Positions 28,523-42,649 of a DNA stretch of 64,000 nucleotides are shown here, piece by piece; the first letter of the stretch is position 1; each line of letters starts with the position of its first letter. Source of the DNA: Eledone cirrhosa (Eukaryota). The notes below the pieces were generated by a model. The model saw only the letters and a list, made by a program, of their open reading frames with translations, had not been told where the DNA came from and searched no databases. A program made the position numbers and the translations under genes. The stretch is taken from NCBI GenBank assembly GCA_964016885.1, contig OZ024747.1, positions 13,020,001-13,084,000 on the forward strand, given 5' to 3'.

Positions 28523-28933
28523 AGTAATAGAGAAGACCCGCCTTACCTAAATACATAGTAAAACCTACTACAGTCAGTAGGCATCTCTAACAAAATACAC
28601 CCCCGTCCCACCACCCCCACCCCATCCACACTGCCCCTTTCAACGTAAAGTTATGTTGGTGCCACACCATCCAGGCCGAAACAAATGAGATCGTGTAGGT
28701 GTCACGACAAAAAAACACACAGTCCACGCTGTAATGTGGCCGTGTAGGCAACACGGTAAAAACCTCCCAGACCCACACTGTAAATGTGGTTGGTGTTAGG
28801 AAGGGCATCCAACTGTAGAAAACCTGCCAGACAGTCCTATGCGAGCAAGACAATCACTCTTGCCTCAAGTGGGAAAACCCCCGTCCAAACCCATGCAAGC
28901 GTGGAACACGGACGTTAAACGTTGATGATGATG
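28523..28933 (+). mobile_element. RTE LINE 3'UTR fragment, nearly identical to 31972-32407
   Basis: Long near-identical match to the 32-kb copy, (GAT)n tail, embedded in (TA)n. Confidence 0.9.
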
Positions 28934-29400
28934 ATATATATATACGTATATATATATTAGAAAGTAAGGTTTTTTTACAAAATGAAAAATAACCGAGGTG
29001 TCCTACACGAGTGAAAGTATAAAGAAAAAAAGAAGAAATCGAAAATGCAACTGCAGTCTTATTTGGTTCCTTTACCGGTTTCACAGTTCTTCTGGTTTCA
29101 AAAGTAGAGTTGAGATGGAGGGTCTGTGGTTTTTCTCACATCTGGTTGGTCTTTGAATGTTACTTGTTTTATATTGAAAAAAATGGCTCGAAATGCCAGG
29201 TTTTTAGAGAAGTAATTTGATTGGTTGGCCATAAGTATAATAAATTTCGCGCCAGTTCGCGTTACAAAGTTCTTCAAACAAGGGGTGGGGGTGCTCAGGT
29301 TGTCTTTTCATATATGAGTGTTTGAATTACTTTTTACTTAAAAAAAAGGGGCTCACGAACAGGCGCCATATTTTTTATACTTATTGGCCAACCAATCAAA

Positions 29401-29631
29401 TAATATATATATATTATATATATATATATTTATATATATATATAATATATATATAATATATATATAATATATAATATATATATATTATATATATATATAT
29501 TATCTATATATATAATATATATATAATATATATATAATATATATAATATATATATATTATATATATTATATATATATATATAATATATATATAATATATA
29601 TATAATATATATATAATATATATATTATATT

Positions 29632-29668
<37 letters not shown>

Positions 29669-30215
29669 TATATATATATATATATTATATATTATATTAT
29701 ATATATAATATATATATTATATATTATATTATATATATAATATTATATATTATATTATATATATAATATATATATTATATATTATTTATATATATAATAT
29801 ATATATTATATATTATTTATATATATAATATATATATATTATATTATATATATAATATATATATATATAATATATATATATTATATATATATGTTATAAT
29901 ATATATATTATATATATATTATATATTATATATAATATATATTATATATTATATATATATAATAATATATTATATATTATATATATATATATATATATTA
30001 TATATTATATATATATTATATATATATTATATATATATTATATATATTATATATATATTATATATAATATATTATATTATATATATATATAATATATATA
30101 TTATATATATATAATATATATATTAATTATTATAATATATATATAATATATAAATTATATATATATAATATATATATATAATATATATATATTATATATA
30201 TATAATATATATATT

Positions 30216-30266
<51 letters not shown>

Positions 30267-30331
30267 ATATATATATAATATATATATATATATTATATAT
30301 ATAATATATATATTATTATATATATTATATA

Positions 30332-30397
<66 letters not shown>

Positions 30398-30465
30398 TAT
30401 ATAATATATATTATTATATATATATATATATATATAATATATATATATATAATATTATATAATAT

Positions 30466-30499
<34 letters not shown>

Positions 30500-30572
30500 A
30501 ATATATATATTATATATTATATATATATAATATATATATTATATAATATATATATATTATATATATATAATA
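29401..30572. repeat. Over 1.1 kb of nearly pure A/T (TA/TAA-type) array ending at the gap. Similar tracts at 24922-25115, 27921-28025, 31185-31477, 32405-32675
   Basis: Direct reading. Confidence 0.95.
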
Positions 30573-30772
30573 NNNNNNNNNNNNNNNNNNNNNNNNNNNN
30601 NNNNNNNNNNNNNNNNNNNNNNNNNNNNNNNNNNNNNNNNNNNNNNNNNNNNNNNNNNNNNNNNNNNNNNNNNNNNNNNNNNNNNNNNNNNNNNNNNNNN
30701 NNNNNNNNNNNNNNNNNNNNNNNNNNNNNNNNNNNNNNNNNNNNNNNNNNNNNNNNNNNNNNNNNNNNNNNN
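30573..30772. other. Assembly gap (200 N)
   Basis: N run. Confidence 0.99.
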
Positions 30773-31184
30773 TTTTTGAGAGTTACTATATTGTATATTA
30801 GAAGAGTTAGAGAAATTTGGTTTTATGTTGGTATTTTGTGAGTGGCATTTAGTGGCATTATGTTGGTATAGTGTGAGTGGCATTTAGGTGTGTATGTTTC
30901 ATTTGGTGTTTGTTGGTAATATTAGGTTGTATGTTTGTAGTGTTATTGGTACAAGGTATATATACTAATCTATTTTTGTGGCCACTTCTAGCTAAAGCTT
31001 CATTATAAAAGGTCGCATTTTTATCAAATACATCTTGGTTAGACGAAAGGTTAGAGATTCTAAGTGATATATTATATGCAAGGTTTTTAAGGATAGATTT
31101 AGGGTGATTAGATTGTGAGTGTATGTAGTGTAAATTTTGGTTAGGTTTATGGTAAGGTTGGTAGATACCCGTAGATAAGTTGGT
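30773..31184 (-). mobile_element. Penelope-like element RT C-terminal/thumb fragment (not in ORF track because it has no Met start)
   Basis: Frame 31184-30858 reads TNLSTGIYQPYHKPNQNLHYIHSQSNHPKSILKNLAYNISLRISNLSSNQDVFDKNATFYNEALARSGHKNRLVY. This fits the PLE pattern Y.KP......Y.H..S.HP...R...L.S....F......AL..SG, followed by an N/T-rich linker. Confidence 0.8.
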
Positions 31185-31381
31185 ATATAATATATATATA
31201 ATATATAATATATATATAATATATATATAATATATAATATATATATAATATATATATATATATAATATATATATATAATATATATATATAATATATAATA
31301 TATATATATAATATATATATATAATATATAATATATATATATATATAATATATATATAATATATATATATAATATATATAT

Positions 31382-31412
<31 letters not shown>

Positions 31413-31477
31413 ATATATATATATATAAAATATATATATATATAATATATATATATATAATATATATATATAATATA

Positions 31478-32407
31478 AGTACTGTAGCTAGAGTCAGAAC
31501 TGGTTGGAAAAAGTTCAGAGAGCTTATACCACTATTAGCTGCTAAAGGGTTCTCCCTAAAAATGAAAGGCAGGTTGTACGATGCCTGCATACGAACAGCA
31601 ATGCTGCATGGCAGTGAGACCTGGGCATTGTGTGCAGAGGATATACGCAGACTAGAGAGGAACGAAGCTTGCATGCTCCGCTGGATGTGTAACAGTAATA
31701 TATGTGAACGGCAAAGCATAAACGAACTAAGGAAAAAATTAGAGATAAGATGGATCAGATGTTGTTTACTCGAGAGAAGGCTACGTTGGTATGGACACGT
31801 GATGCGCATGAAAGTCGATAGCTGTATAACAAAGTGCAGGGCAATAAAGATAGACGGTAGTCACGGAATAGGCAGACCTAGAAAAACCTGGGACGAGCTG
31901 ATAAACTCCGACATCACACACTTACACCTCTCCAAGACAATGTCACTGGACCGAGACCTTTGGCGGTACTCAGTAACAGAGAAGACCCGCCTTACCTAAA
32001 TATATAGTAAAACCTACTCCAGCCAGTAGGCATCTCTAACAAAATACATCCCCCCCCCCCCCCCCCCCCCCCCACCCCCACCTCATCCACACCACCCCGT
32101 TCTATGTAAAGTTATGTTGGTGCCGCGCCATCCAGGCCGAAACAAATGAGATCGTGTAGGTGTCACGACAAAAAAACACACAGTCCACGCTGTAATGTGG
32201 CCGTGTAGGCAACACGGTAAAAACCTCCCAGACCCACACTGTAAATGTGGTTGGTGTTAGGAAGGGCATCCAACTGTAGAAAACCTGCCAGACAGTCCTA
32301 TGCGAGCAAGACAATCACTCTTGCCTCAAGTGGGACTACCCCCATCCAAACCCATGCAAGCGTGGAACACGGACGTTAAACGTTGATGATGATGATGATG
32401 ATGATAA
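31478..32407 (+). mobile_element. RTE LINE 3' fragment (intact C-terminal frame, 3'UTR, (GAT)n tail), second subfamily
   Basis: Frame STVARVRTGWKKFRELIPLL...MKGRLYDACIRTAMLHGSETW...GRPRKTWDE, homologous to the 26-kb copy. Flanked by TA-rich arrays on both sides. Confidence 0.93.
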
Positions 32408-35289
32408 TATATATATAAAATATATATATATATAATATATATATATATAAAATATATATATATATAAAATATATATATATATAATATATATATAATATAT
32501 ATATATATAATATAATATATAATATATATATATATAATATATATATATATAATATAATATATAATATATATATAATATATATATATATAATATAATATAT
32601 AATATATAATATATATATAATATATATATATATAATATATATATAATATATATATATATATAATATATATATATGAATAAATAAGTTCTCTCATTTTCTA
32701 AGTACCACCTGAAGTGTAAACCATTGCCTGCCTAAGTGGTATGATAAGTCAATGTGTTTAAACAGCACGTGTTCACTTCCAAAACTTTGTAATTACAAGT
32801 TTGAATGGAACAGTAAATCATACAAGGAAAAAGCAACTATTTTCAATTACAACTTTAATGAAAACAAAAACAAGATTTGAGTTAAATTTATTGTAGATAT
32901 AGTGTTATATATATATATACGTTCTTAAACCAAAATTCTTTTTGTGTTATTCATACAGTGTAAAGGAATATTGTTATTGAGATAAAAATAAGCAGAATCA
33001 CCATATGACTGGTAGAAAGAGATACAGCAATTTGGTGTTTCATTCTGCTAAAATGTGTCTCTTAGTGTGACTAGATGAATGAAAGAAGAAAGATCATTTC
33101 CACTGGATGAGTTCTGTTTGAAGAAATAGGATGAACAGCCTGTGCTGTCTGTATTTTCCAAAGTAAGAGAAAGTGAAAGATTTGTGTTTCATTTTATATA
33201 GTCAGAATATAATATCGGACATACCATTATCCGGGATTTAAAGAATCATTATTTCAAAACTGGACATATCATTACCTACTGTCACTTTGAAAATAGAGTG
33301 AAATGATTTGACATGTTATTTCAGAACTGGTCAAAGCATTATCTAATATTCCTTTGAAAATAGGGTGAAGGGATTTGAAGAAACGCTATGTCAAAGTAAA
33401 GATGGATATAACATAAGAAGTGGGGTGAATACAGGGACCTGGACCTTGGTAGAGAGAGGTTAGATTGAGAAGTGAGTGGTATTTGTTCTGTTTGCATTTT
33501 TATTTAATGAGTTCAAAGAATATCTTCTGAAATCTTGGATATTGTGATTAGCTTAATTGAATAAGAAAAGCATGTTGATCTTTCTGATAGTATTGATGTG
33601 ATACTAATTCCGTTAATAAATAACTAAATACTTTGCATCCAGTACACCACTATAAAGTGGTTGGTGGTACAAAGGACATCCAGCCACAGAAAACCTGCCA
33701 TACAAAGACTTGGGAGGACTTATTAGTTGGTAGTACATGGCATGGTATGTGAGTTGGGTGCCACTGGCCTCTTTGAGTATGTAAGCAGGATGAAGGCTTC
33801 CGGTATACCATGGAATTAGTACTACTGCTTTGAGTACTGGCCTAGTCTGCTGATGACCAGTCCAACACTGGCTAGCAGCAAAAGCAGACGTTAAATGATG
33901 ATGATGCTTTGGACATATAAATGGCTAGCCCATATTTAGATCATTGAAATAAATAGCAATGCTTAGGAAACTTTCTGATATTTTACAAGTCAACAAATGC
34001 CTTCTCCTGATTAGGGCAAAGAGTTAAGGTCATTTATCTAAGGTGGTAAGACTTGAATTGAGAAGAGATTCTCTATTGATTCACTTCCCTGTACTTCTCA
34101 TAAACTCCTGTGAGAAATGTTTACTGTAAAATACAATGAAAAATTGTATTGCCTTGTATCCAAATATATTGACTATTATTATAGTTCTTTCTTTTAACTG
34201 TATTAATAAAATCTTTAAAGATATCAATCATTTTTATTTAGTATTATTGACATAATTATTGTCAGATTTTCACTTCCAGTATCTTTTTATGCCTTTTTGG
34301 AGTAGGTTTCAAGTAACATTACAAAGAATGTGGAACTGTTTTTTTTTTCATGTATGAAGCTATGATTTGAAAGGGTTTGGAATTGGGCTTTGCTTTAGCT
34401 GCTCTTCAAATGTCAATTCCATTCAGCTAATGTTTAGTTGGATCAAAGACTTTCTGCTGTCATTTCTGCATTATCAATCCCTCTGGATGTTAACACTGTC
34501 ATGATTGATATGGTTAAATTTATAAGAGATGTAACTTTTATGCTCTCATCTAAAATTAATGTCATATTACAGAAATTTCTCACAAAGATTACAGTATACT
34601 GTAGCTTTTAATCAAATGTTGATCAGATAAAACTAATGTAATGTTCAGTTGAACCCACAGTTATGTATTGTTATTGATTTTAACATGGATTTTAAATACA
34701 ATCATGTTATCAGGATATCATGCAAGTGATGGGTTTGTCCTTCATAATATATACAATGCTACTAATGTGGTTGTTTACTTGTTATTCTGGAGAAATTGAG
34801 CAATTAATGCAAGCATATCTTTGAATACTTTTAAATGCCATCTCCATTTCTTTTGGTCTCAAGCTGCAGCTTTTTCAAAATTTCATTTTCTTAAACTATT
34901 GAAATTTTTCATCTGTAAATTGCTTTACTTCTCATCATCTACGAATTCTTTTTATAATTTATCTAGAAATAGTTTATTTTTTTGCCTCATCAGAAAATTG
35001 TTTTAAGCAAAACAATAGTGGGCAAATTATTTTTTTAAACTTTTTCTTTCTTCTTCTTCAAATAATGTCTGAATTTTCTCAAATACTTGAATATTTTCTT
35101 TAAGCAGATACTTATTTGGTAAAATATAAATGGAAGAATTATATAATTTTAAATATTTCTCAATTATAATCTTAAATATTTCTCAATGATTTATTATTTT
35201 TTTCTTTTTTGGAAAGAGAATATTTTTATTTAGTTACTACTAGTAAAAAAAGAAAATAACCACATCGGTAAAATTATAGTTATATTTCA

Positions 35290-36430
35290 TTGGCAGTATA
35301 GGTAGAGGGTCGGACGCCATGCTTTCCAGCATAGTTACGTCCCTTTACGATCTGAGTTCAAATCCTGCCGAGGTTGACTTTGCCTTTCATCCTTATGGGG
35401 TCGATAAAATAAAGTACCAGTAATGCACTGGGTAATTGCTGGCCTTGTGCCTAAAGTAGAAACAATTATTTTATTTCAACATTATTTTTCCTAATTCTAA
35501 TTACTGTGGCTATAATAATAATAATTATAATAATGATGATGATTTCTATTATAGGCACAAGGCCAGCAATTTGGGGTGAGGGGAAAGTCGATTAAATCGA
35601 CCCCAGTGTATTACTGGTACTTTATTTTATCGACCCCGTAAAGATGAAAGGCAAAGCTAACCTCAGCGCGATTTGAACTCAGAACGCAAAGGACCATAAC
35701 TCTTCGTTGCAAAGCATGGCGTCTGACACTCTACAGATACTGCCAATAATAATGGTTTCTGATTTAGGCACAAGGCCAGCAGTTTGGTGGGAGGGGAAAG
35801 TCGGTTAAATTGACCCCAGTGCATTACTGGTGCTTTATTTTATCAACTCCATCAGGATGAAAGTCAAAGCTAACCTCGACAGGATTTGAACTCAGATCAT
35901 AAAGGAGCATAACCCTATGCCATAATGCATATTTCTGATGCCCTACCGATACAGCAAAATAATAATAATAATTGTTTCTACTTCAGTCACAAGGCCGCCA
36001 GCAATTACCCAGTGCATTACTGGTACTTAATTTTATCGACCCCGTAAGGATGAAAGGCAAAGTAAACCTCGGCGGGATTTGAACTCAGACCGTAAAGGGA
36101 CGTAACTAATAATAATAATAATAGTAATGATTTCTAACGTGAGTGTAAGGCCAGTAATCCGCAGGGTTAAACTAGTTGATTAAATTGATTCCAGCACTCA
36201 ACTGATACTTATTTTATCAACATTTGAAGGATAAAATATGAAGTTGACTGTGGCATGATTTGAGCTCAGAAATATTAAAGGTTTCTAATATTTGTTTAAG
36301 GCAATAGATATGGGGGAGGAGGGAAGGATGTAGTTGATTGAATTGATTGCAGTACATCATTTGTATTTATTTTGACACATAAGTGTGATAGTTAAATTTG
36401 AAGGTGACTAGTTCTGAGCTCAAGATGAAT
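35290..36430. mobile_element. Cluster of six major-family SINEs: 35290-35470 (+), then about 35540-35745, 35753-35955, 35970-36108, 36130-36275, 36290-36430 (all -)
   Basis: Repeated GGCACAAGGCCAGCAA...TGAAAGGCAAAG..AACCTC...GATTTGAACTCAG blocks, mostly separated by (AAT)n. The last two copies are diverged. Confidence 0.88.
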
Positions 36431-37594
36431 GTAAAGTGATGTATCTGTCACTCCATTTCCCTCATCTCTAAAATAATAAAGATGCATTTTAAAATTATGT
36501 ATAGGCAAGAAATTGTTTTCAAATTTTAGCAATATAGTGCATATAAAATGCACATATTAGTAGAACAAGTTTAAGTATATTGTATAATAGCTATTTTAGT
36601 TCTTTTAGCTATTTTTACCTTATTTTGATACTATATTTAGTTTATGTTTATGAAAATTTGATATATTTTAAAGTTTATTAACAACTGGTATATTTTATTA
36701 CACAAATATATGGCGCTATCCAGCCATGAAGAAACCCTAGAAAAATATATCAAATATCAATGAAATAAGATGTGTGATTGTGAACAGTATTATATTGAGG
36801 AAGAAATGGATTACTTAACCAAAAATGTCTGACTGTTTCATATTAATTCCATGTTTGTAGACATAAAATAAGCATAAAAACAAGGTTAGCTTTGCAAGTG
36901 CATTGTTTTAGGAAGCATCTCAAACAATAAATTCTGTTATGTTCTTTTATTAGGCACCAACAATAGATTGCCATCTTATTTGTTTTCCTCCATATTTGCT
37001 ATCTTTTCCTCATAGTTCTGTTACTTGGTTGAAATGCAATCCTTGCCCCGCTCTAACAGCCCCTAAATTGACAGGGAAATAATCTAAAAAGTTGTAGACA
37101 CACACACACACACATCACAACTTAGTTTCTGTAAGGAAAAAGAAACTTTTAAAAAAAATGTTCATAGCTTTCAAATTTGTTGTTGTTGCACCCAAAGCTT
37201 TTCACTCCTGTAAATATTACGAGGCATTTTTCTGAAAAAATTTCATATAAACTTATAAGTAAGTCATATTTCATTAGTGTTCAAATGCTAGGCCCATCAA
37301 AGATACCTGTTTTCAATTTTTCTTGACATAAAACAGGAAATGCTTCTCATATAGATATGTAAAAGTGTCATTTACCTTATCTAACGTTTTAACAAATTAT
37401 TTCTTCAGGCAGAGTTTGATATAAAGTACTAGAAGCAAGACGTTTTATTGATTTACTAAGGAGATGTTGATAATGTTGTGCTTTCTTAATTCTGACCATT
37501 CCTCTCTAATCCAGTAATCTCTTTTAGCTTAACTGTTGGGAGGATTATTCAAAGATGTGACAATGTCCCTAGAGTTGATGATCTTCACAAATAA

Positions 37595-38047
37595 CACACA
37601 CAGTACACTCTGAAAAGTGGTTGGTAATAGGAAGTGTATCCAACCATAGAAAAATTGCTGAACAAAGAGTCAGGAGGTTTCTTTAGTTGTGTCAAAGATA
37701 TGACAATATGCCTAGTGTGGGCGATCTACATGATAAACACAACCAGTATATTCTGCAAAGTAATTGGTGATATGAAGGGCTTCCAGCTGTAGAAAACCTT
37801 CCAAGCAAAGGGTCAAGAAGACTCTTCAGCTGTGTCAAAGAAAGGATATGACAACCTCCCTATTAATGGTTCTATGATAAAATGCAATGGTAGAGAGTAG
37901 GAACATAAGTAAGCAAGATGCAGGCCACTGGCCCATCTGAGAAGTTAGTAGCTCTGTTTCAGTGCTGTCACAATCTGTGAAGACCCATCCAACCCTTGCT
38001 AGAAGGGAAAATGGACATTAAATGATGCTGCTGCTTCTGATGATGAT
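37595..38047 (+). mobile_element. Old RTE-type 3'UTR with two diverged tandem segments. Similar short 3' ends at about 270-408, 4520-4616, 6095-6193, 11460-11693, 23560-23700(-), 33635-33907, 51325-51450, 62520-62585
   Basis: Shared AAAGTGGTTGGT..AGGAAGGGCATCCAGCTGTAGAAA block and/or terminal hairpin, GGACRTTAAA and (GAT)n tail. Confidence 0.7.
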
Positions 38048-38284
38048 AATGTCTCATAAACACAAAAAGCAAGGAAACTTCATATAATTTATTTGTTGTC
38101 TAAGCAGTATGGAAATCACTTTCAAATCTTAACACATCCAATTGTGTTTAAAGTATTTGAGCTTTTTCAGTATCATTTTTATGGTTTCAGAACTTCCTTT
38201 TTCATGTATGGCCATGGAGCTGTCAATGAAAATATATCATTTGTCTGATTCATATTGACATTCCATTGCATTTAACAAACCATT

Positions 38285-38830
38285 AACATCACCACCACCA
38301 CCACCACCACCACCACCATCATCATCATAATTTTTACAGGTTGTTACTGTCCATGACTAAATAAGCTGAAGGGGACCATGTCTTGCTCTTACATTTCAGA
38401 GTTATTGGGGGCATTTTACTGTGGCAGAAGCACTACCACTTTACAGAATGTACTGGATGCATTTTATCATGGCACCAGTACTGCCACTTTACAGAATGTA
38501 TTGAGTGCATTTTATCATGCCACAAGGACAACCTCCTTACAGAGGGTAATGGGTGCATTTCATTGTAGCACCAACACATCCAATTTGCTGAGTGTATTGG
38601 GTGCATTTGAACATGGCACAAGCAGAACTACCTTACAGAGGGTAATGGGTGCATTTCATTGTAGCACCAGTATTACCACTTTACAGAGTGTATTGGGTGC
38701 ATTTTATCATGACAACAGTACTGCCACTTTACAAAGTGCACTAGATGCCTTTTATCAAAGCATCAGCACTACAACTTTACAGTGTATTGAGTGCATGTTA
38801 TCGTGGCACCAACACTACCACATTGCCACC
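38285..38830 (-). repeat. Diverged 48-bp tandem array (about 9 units) related to the RTE 3'UTR unit, with a (CAC/CAT)n tail
   Basis: Recurrent CCACTTTACAGAGTGTATTGGGTGCATTTTATCATGGCACCAGCACTA-like unit. It explains the 16-aa periodic pseudo-ORF 38378-38875. Confidence 0.75.
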
Positions 38831-39419
38831 TTTATGGCTTTGTTTACCAGCAGCTTTTGTTCTCATCAATGTTAAAAAAAATTATTTGTATTGGTTGCCA
38901 TGGATTGGGTTAAAATAAATATTTCTACTTAAGTGTCCTTGGTGTAAATTTTGAAGTACAAATATTGTAAAAGAATATGCAGAAAATTGTTAAAATTATT
39001 TAAAATAACATTTTTTCTCATTCTATGAATAATTATTGAGTAAAATTCTATTTTATTTAATTTTTTTAATGATTAATAGTTTCTGAAATATTTATGAAGG
39101 AGCAAAAAATGCAAATATTTTAGTTTCTAAATATAATAGTATGGAATTTGATTAATCTGCTTGATTAATTGTTACTTTTGAATTAATTAAATTTTTTGAA
39201 ACAACAAATTAATCCAACAGTGCAGATATTATTATTGTTGTTGTTATTACTATTGAAGTGGCTGTAATGTTGTACTAAGTTCTTGGAGAATTTGAGTTTA
39301 CAATCAAGCTTGGAGTTGGAAATGTTTCATGTTGAAGATATTATTATCCTTTGAAAATGTTTCCTCATATTCTAAATATCTCTGGCTTCATTCATTTATT
39401 GATTTTGTACTGTTTAGTC

Positions 39420-39710
39420 CAGGGATGAGCAACCTCTTTTGAGAAGCGGGCCGCATGAGATATGGCTCATCATCAGGCGGGCCGCAAGCGCTAATTTACA
39501 TTCGTGCCCACATTAAAAAGAAGGGCAGTAACTCAGGTTGTTTTGATTTGTTTCTTCAGAATTCATACACATTGTTTTCCTTGATCATAAAAATGATAGA
39601 AAGAAAAATTACGACTGAAAAATTGGGGTAAAAAAATCAGAAAGATTTCACTTACGTGACTTAGGCGAGCCATTCAGAAAGCTTTGTGGGCTGCAGGTTG
39701 CCCATGATTG
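39420..39710. mobile_element. hAT-type MITE with a perfect 8-bp TSD
   Basis: TIRs CAGGGATGAGCAACCT / AGGTTGCCCATGATTG. GTTTAGTC is duplicated at 39412-39419 and 39711-39718. Confidence 0.9.
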
Positions 39711-41764
39711 GTTTAGTCCATTAAGGACGGGCAGTGCTAATGACCTTTTTCAGAGCTGGTGGAAGTAAGGGAGGAAGTTATCCTTAAACTGGAGATCCGA
39801 CCCATATGCTTGCAATTGTGTGGACTCCACTGCTTTTTTGCCTATGTAAGAAATTATGATTATTTGTAGTAACCTAGAATAATGGATTTTCAAAATTATT
39901 GTTTAGAAGATATATTTAGTTTACTTTTAAACACAAGAGTAATGTAAACTTTGAAAGATTAATAGCTGGTTTAGGAATTTGGCATTTTTGCTGGTGCAAG
40001 AGAAAGCAAGTCCTGTGGTTTCTTTAAGTCTTAAATATTTTCTCCCTCCTTCTTTCTCACTTTCTATCTCTTGTAATGTGCATGTGTGTGCATAATTTTA
40101 TTTGATGGTGTATCAAAGATTTTGTAATTGTTTCTTCAGTGTATTTTATAATGGAACGTACGTGATCATGCTATATGTGCAAGCTATTTTGGTTCCATTG
40201 AAGCAGTAGAGAGAGAGAGAGAATCTTAATTGTTAAGTGTGAAACTGCCTAAAAATTCACTAGTATTTAGTATTTTGACTTACATTCCCTAGGTTGAATC
40301 TGCTCTTTTGGAAATAAAAATATTCTGTCTGGCCCCAAACGTTGTATCACTGTAGTTTTATAGTGATTAGTTTACCTGATAAAGTTTATCATTTTATGGA
40401 AAACATTAAATTCTAGGATCAGTCAATTCCTGTTAATGTGGAAAATAGAAGTAAAAAAACCAATCTGTTCCAATTAATTATTCATAGTTATTGGTTGAAA
40501 AATTTGGGCTCTCACAAATCCTAGACTCTCATAGTTAGCACTTTGAAAATCAAAGTGCAGAGTTCTTTTATTTCCTATAATATTTTTACATTTTCTGTTT
40601 CAATGTTTCAGCATGCAATGAGATGATAAATTAAATTGAAACTCTATTTTTCATGAATTTGCTTTTTAGTTTCAGTAGTTTATTTATGAGGCTTTGCTGA
40701 CATTCACATTTCCTCACATCAATATTGTCTAAGATATTGTTATTTTTTCTATTATTTGAAGACTAGACCATATATGTACGCTGTTTGTTGTGGTTATTTT
40801 ATCTTTATCATCAGCATTATACATTTGTTTATGTAGTTTGTTAATCCAAAACATTTTGAAATACAAATACTATTTGATTGCACATAGCATATTTGGTAGA
40901 ATTAACATTTATCTTTAGGGGAAATGAAAAACTAGCTAATTTAAAAGAACTTTTACTGAAATTACATTAAACACCACCTCCACAACTAACAACAACCAAT
41001 CACAAATTCAGACAAAAGTATAGAGAAACACAAAATACTAGATATGTACCTTCCATTCAGATAATGAGTTTGATCCTTTCCTTCCATTAGACACAGGAAA
41101 AACAACAGTCAAATTTTTCAAACTTTAAAGACTGAGAGCTTGATATGAAACATATATTTTAACACTTTAGCATTGACATTACTCTATATTTACTATTGTA
41201 TGTTCATGGTAAAGGCTTTATCTCACATAATCTCGAATTTACGAAATTTTGATGACATTATTGTTTATTTTAAGAATGATATCTTAATGTCTGTGTGAGC
41301 TGCCGGTTATGGCCGGTTTTAAAAAAGGGGGAGATAATTATAGAGATGATGATAGAGATTTTAAAAAAAAATTTTACTGAAAGAATTTCTTTATTGTAAA
41401 AAATGCAAGTGTCTTTTGTGATGAATTATGTAACAGGATTACATTGAACCCAAACATATAATAATAAATACAGGAATTGCAAACATAAGGTTCTAAAAAC
41501 CTTTGTTTAGTACAAACTACTACCTCCCTACAGACAACTGGCGCTACACACAAAAGAGCTGAACTCCCACTGTCATCGCCTCCATCTCTCTCGTCCTTCC
41601 CATCTCTCTGTATTATGACCAAATGGGGTCCCACGGGCTGGCTGTCCCACAGCCCAGGTGGACAGAATGGTAAGGGAGATGTGAGTTTTAGGCCTGAAAT
41701 AAATTAATATCAACCAAGATCTTCAACTACCCATCTCAACATCTTCATCTACCTATCTTGACCA

Positions 41765-41964
41765 ACTACTAGAACAACAACAACAACAACACACCATCAA
41801 TACTTATTATCAACATCATAGCTGATACTACCATTAACAACAACACTAATGCCAGCCACAACATCCTCAACCATGTAACCAACTATAACATCACTATCAC
41901 CTCTACTACTACCATAACTACTACTTTTACTACTACCATAACTACTACTTTTACTACTACCATA

Positions 41965-42013
<49 letters not shown>

Positions 42014-42300
42014 AAATCACCACCATCACTTCTACTAACATCACCACCACCACTACTACTACAACAACCACAACCACTACCACTACAACTACCACCACCA
42101 CTACTACTACAACAACCACTACTACTACAACCACTACTACTACTACAACCACTACTACTACTACAACCACCACTACTACTACAACCACCACCACCACCAC
42201 TACTACTACTACAACAACCACTACTACTACAACCACCACCACCACTAGTACTACCACTAGTATTACTACAGCTACTAAAATCAACAATAACAACAGAACT
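41765..42300. repeat. (CTA/CCA/ACA)n trinucleotide tract
   Basis: Direct reading. Confidence 0.92.
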
Positions 42301-42502
42301 AGCATCAGCCATATATAGTTTAATATATTTAGATTTCCTTTGTTCCATTTGTCTTCAATAGATTAGTGTCATTTATTTGATGTGTTCAGTTGAGACTGTC
42401 TTAATTCTTTAGTCAGCCATTTCTTCACCAAACAACACCAAAACATCAAAACTGGGGCATGAGCAGTCTGAGTTATTATCTTCAGTTGCTAGAACATTGA
42501 AA

Positions 42503-42612
42503 TATTGTTACTGTAATGGTCATATATTGTTACTGTAATGGTTATATATTGTTACTGTAATGGTCATATATTGTTACTGTAATGGTTATATATTGTTACT
42601 GTAATGGTAATA
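42503..42612. repeat. 22-bp minisatellite, 5 copies, resuming in degenerate form at 43055-43470
   Basis: Unit ATATTGTTACTGTAATGGT(C/T)AT. Confidence 0.9.
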
Positions 42613-42649
42613 TATGTTTGTATATGTTCGTATGTATACATTTTTTTAA

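Noticed and set aside
38378-38875. 165-aa ORF with 16-aa repeats, and a CRISPR-like look
   Set aside because: It is the antisense of a decayed 48-bp RTE 3'UTR array. The variable parts are homologous to each other rather than unique spacers, and there are no cas genes.
41797-42348. Ser/Gly/Cys-rich keratin-associated-like ORF
   Set aside because: Translation of a (TAG/TGG/TTG)n tract, with no splice or codon evidence.
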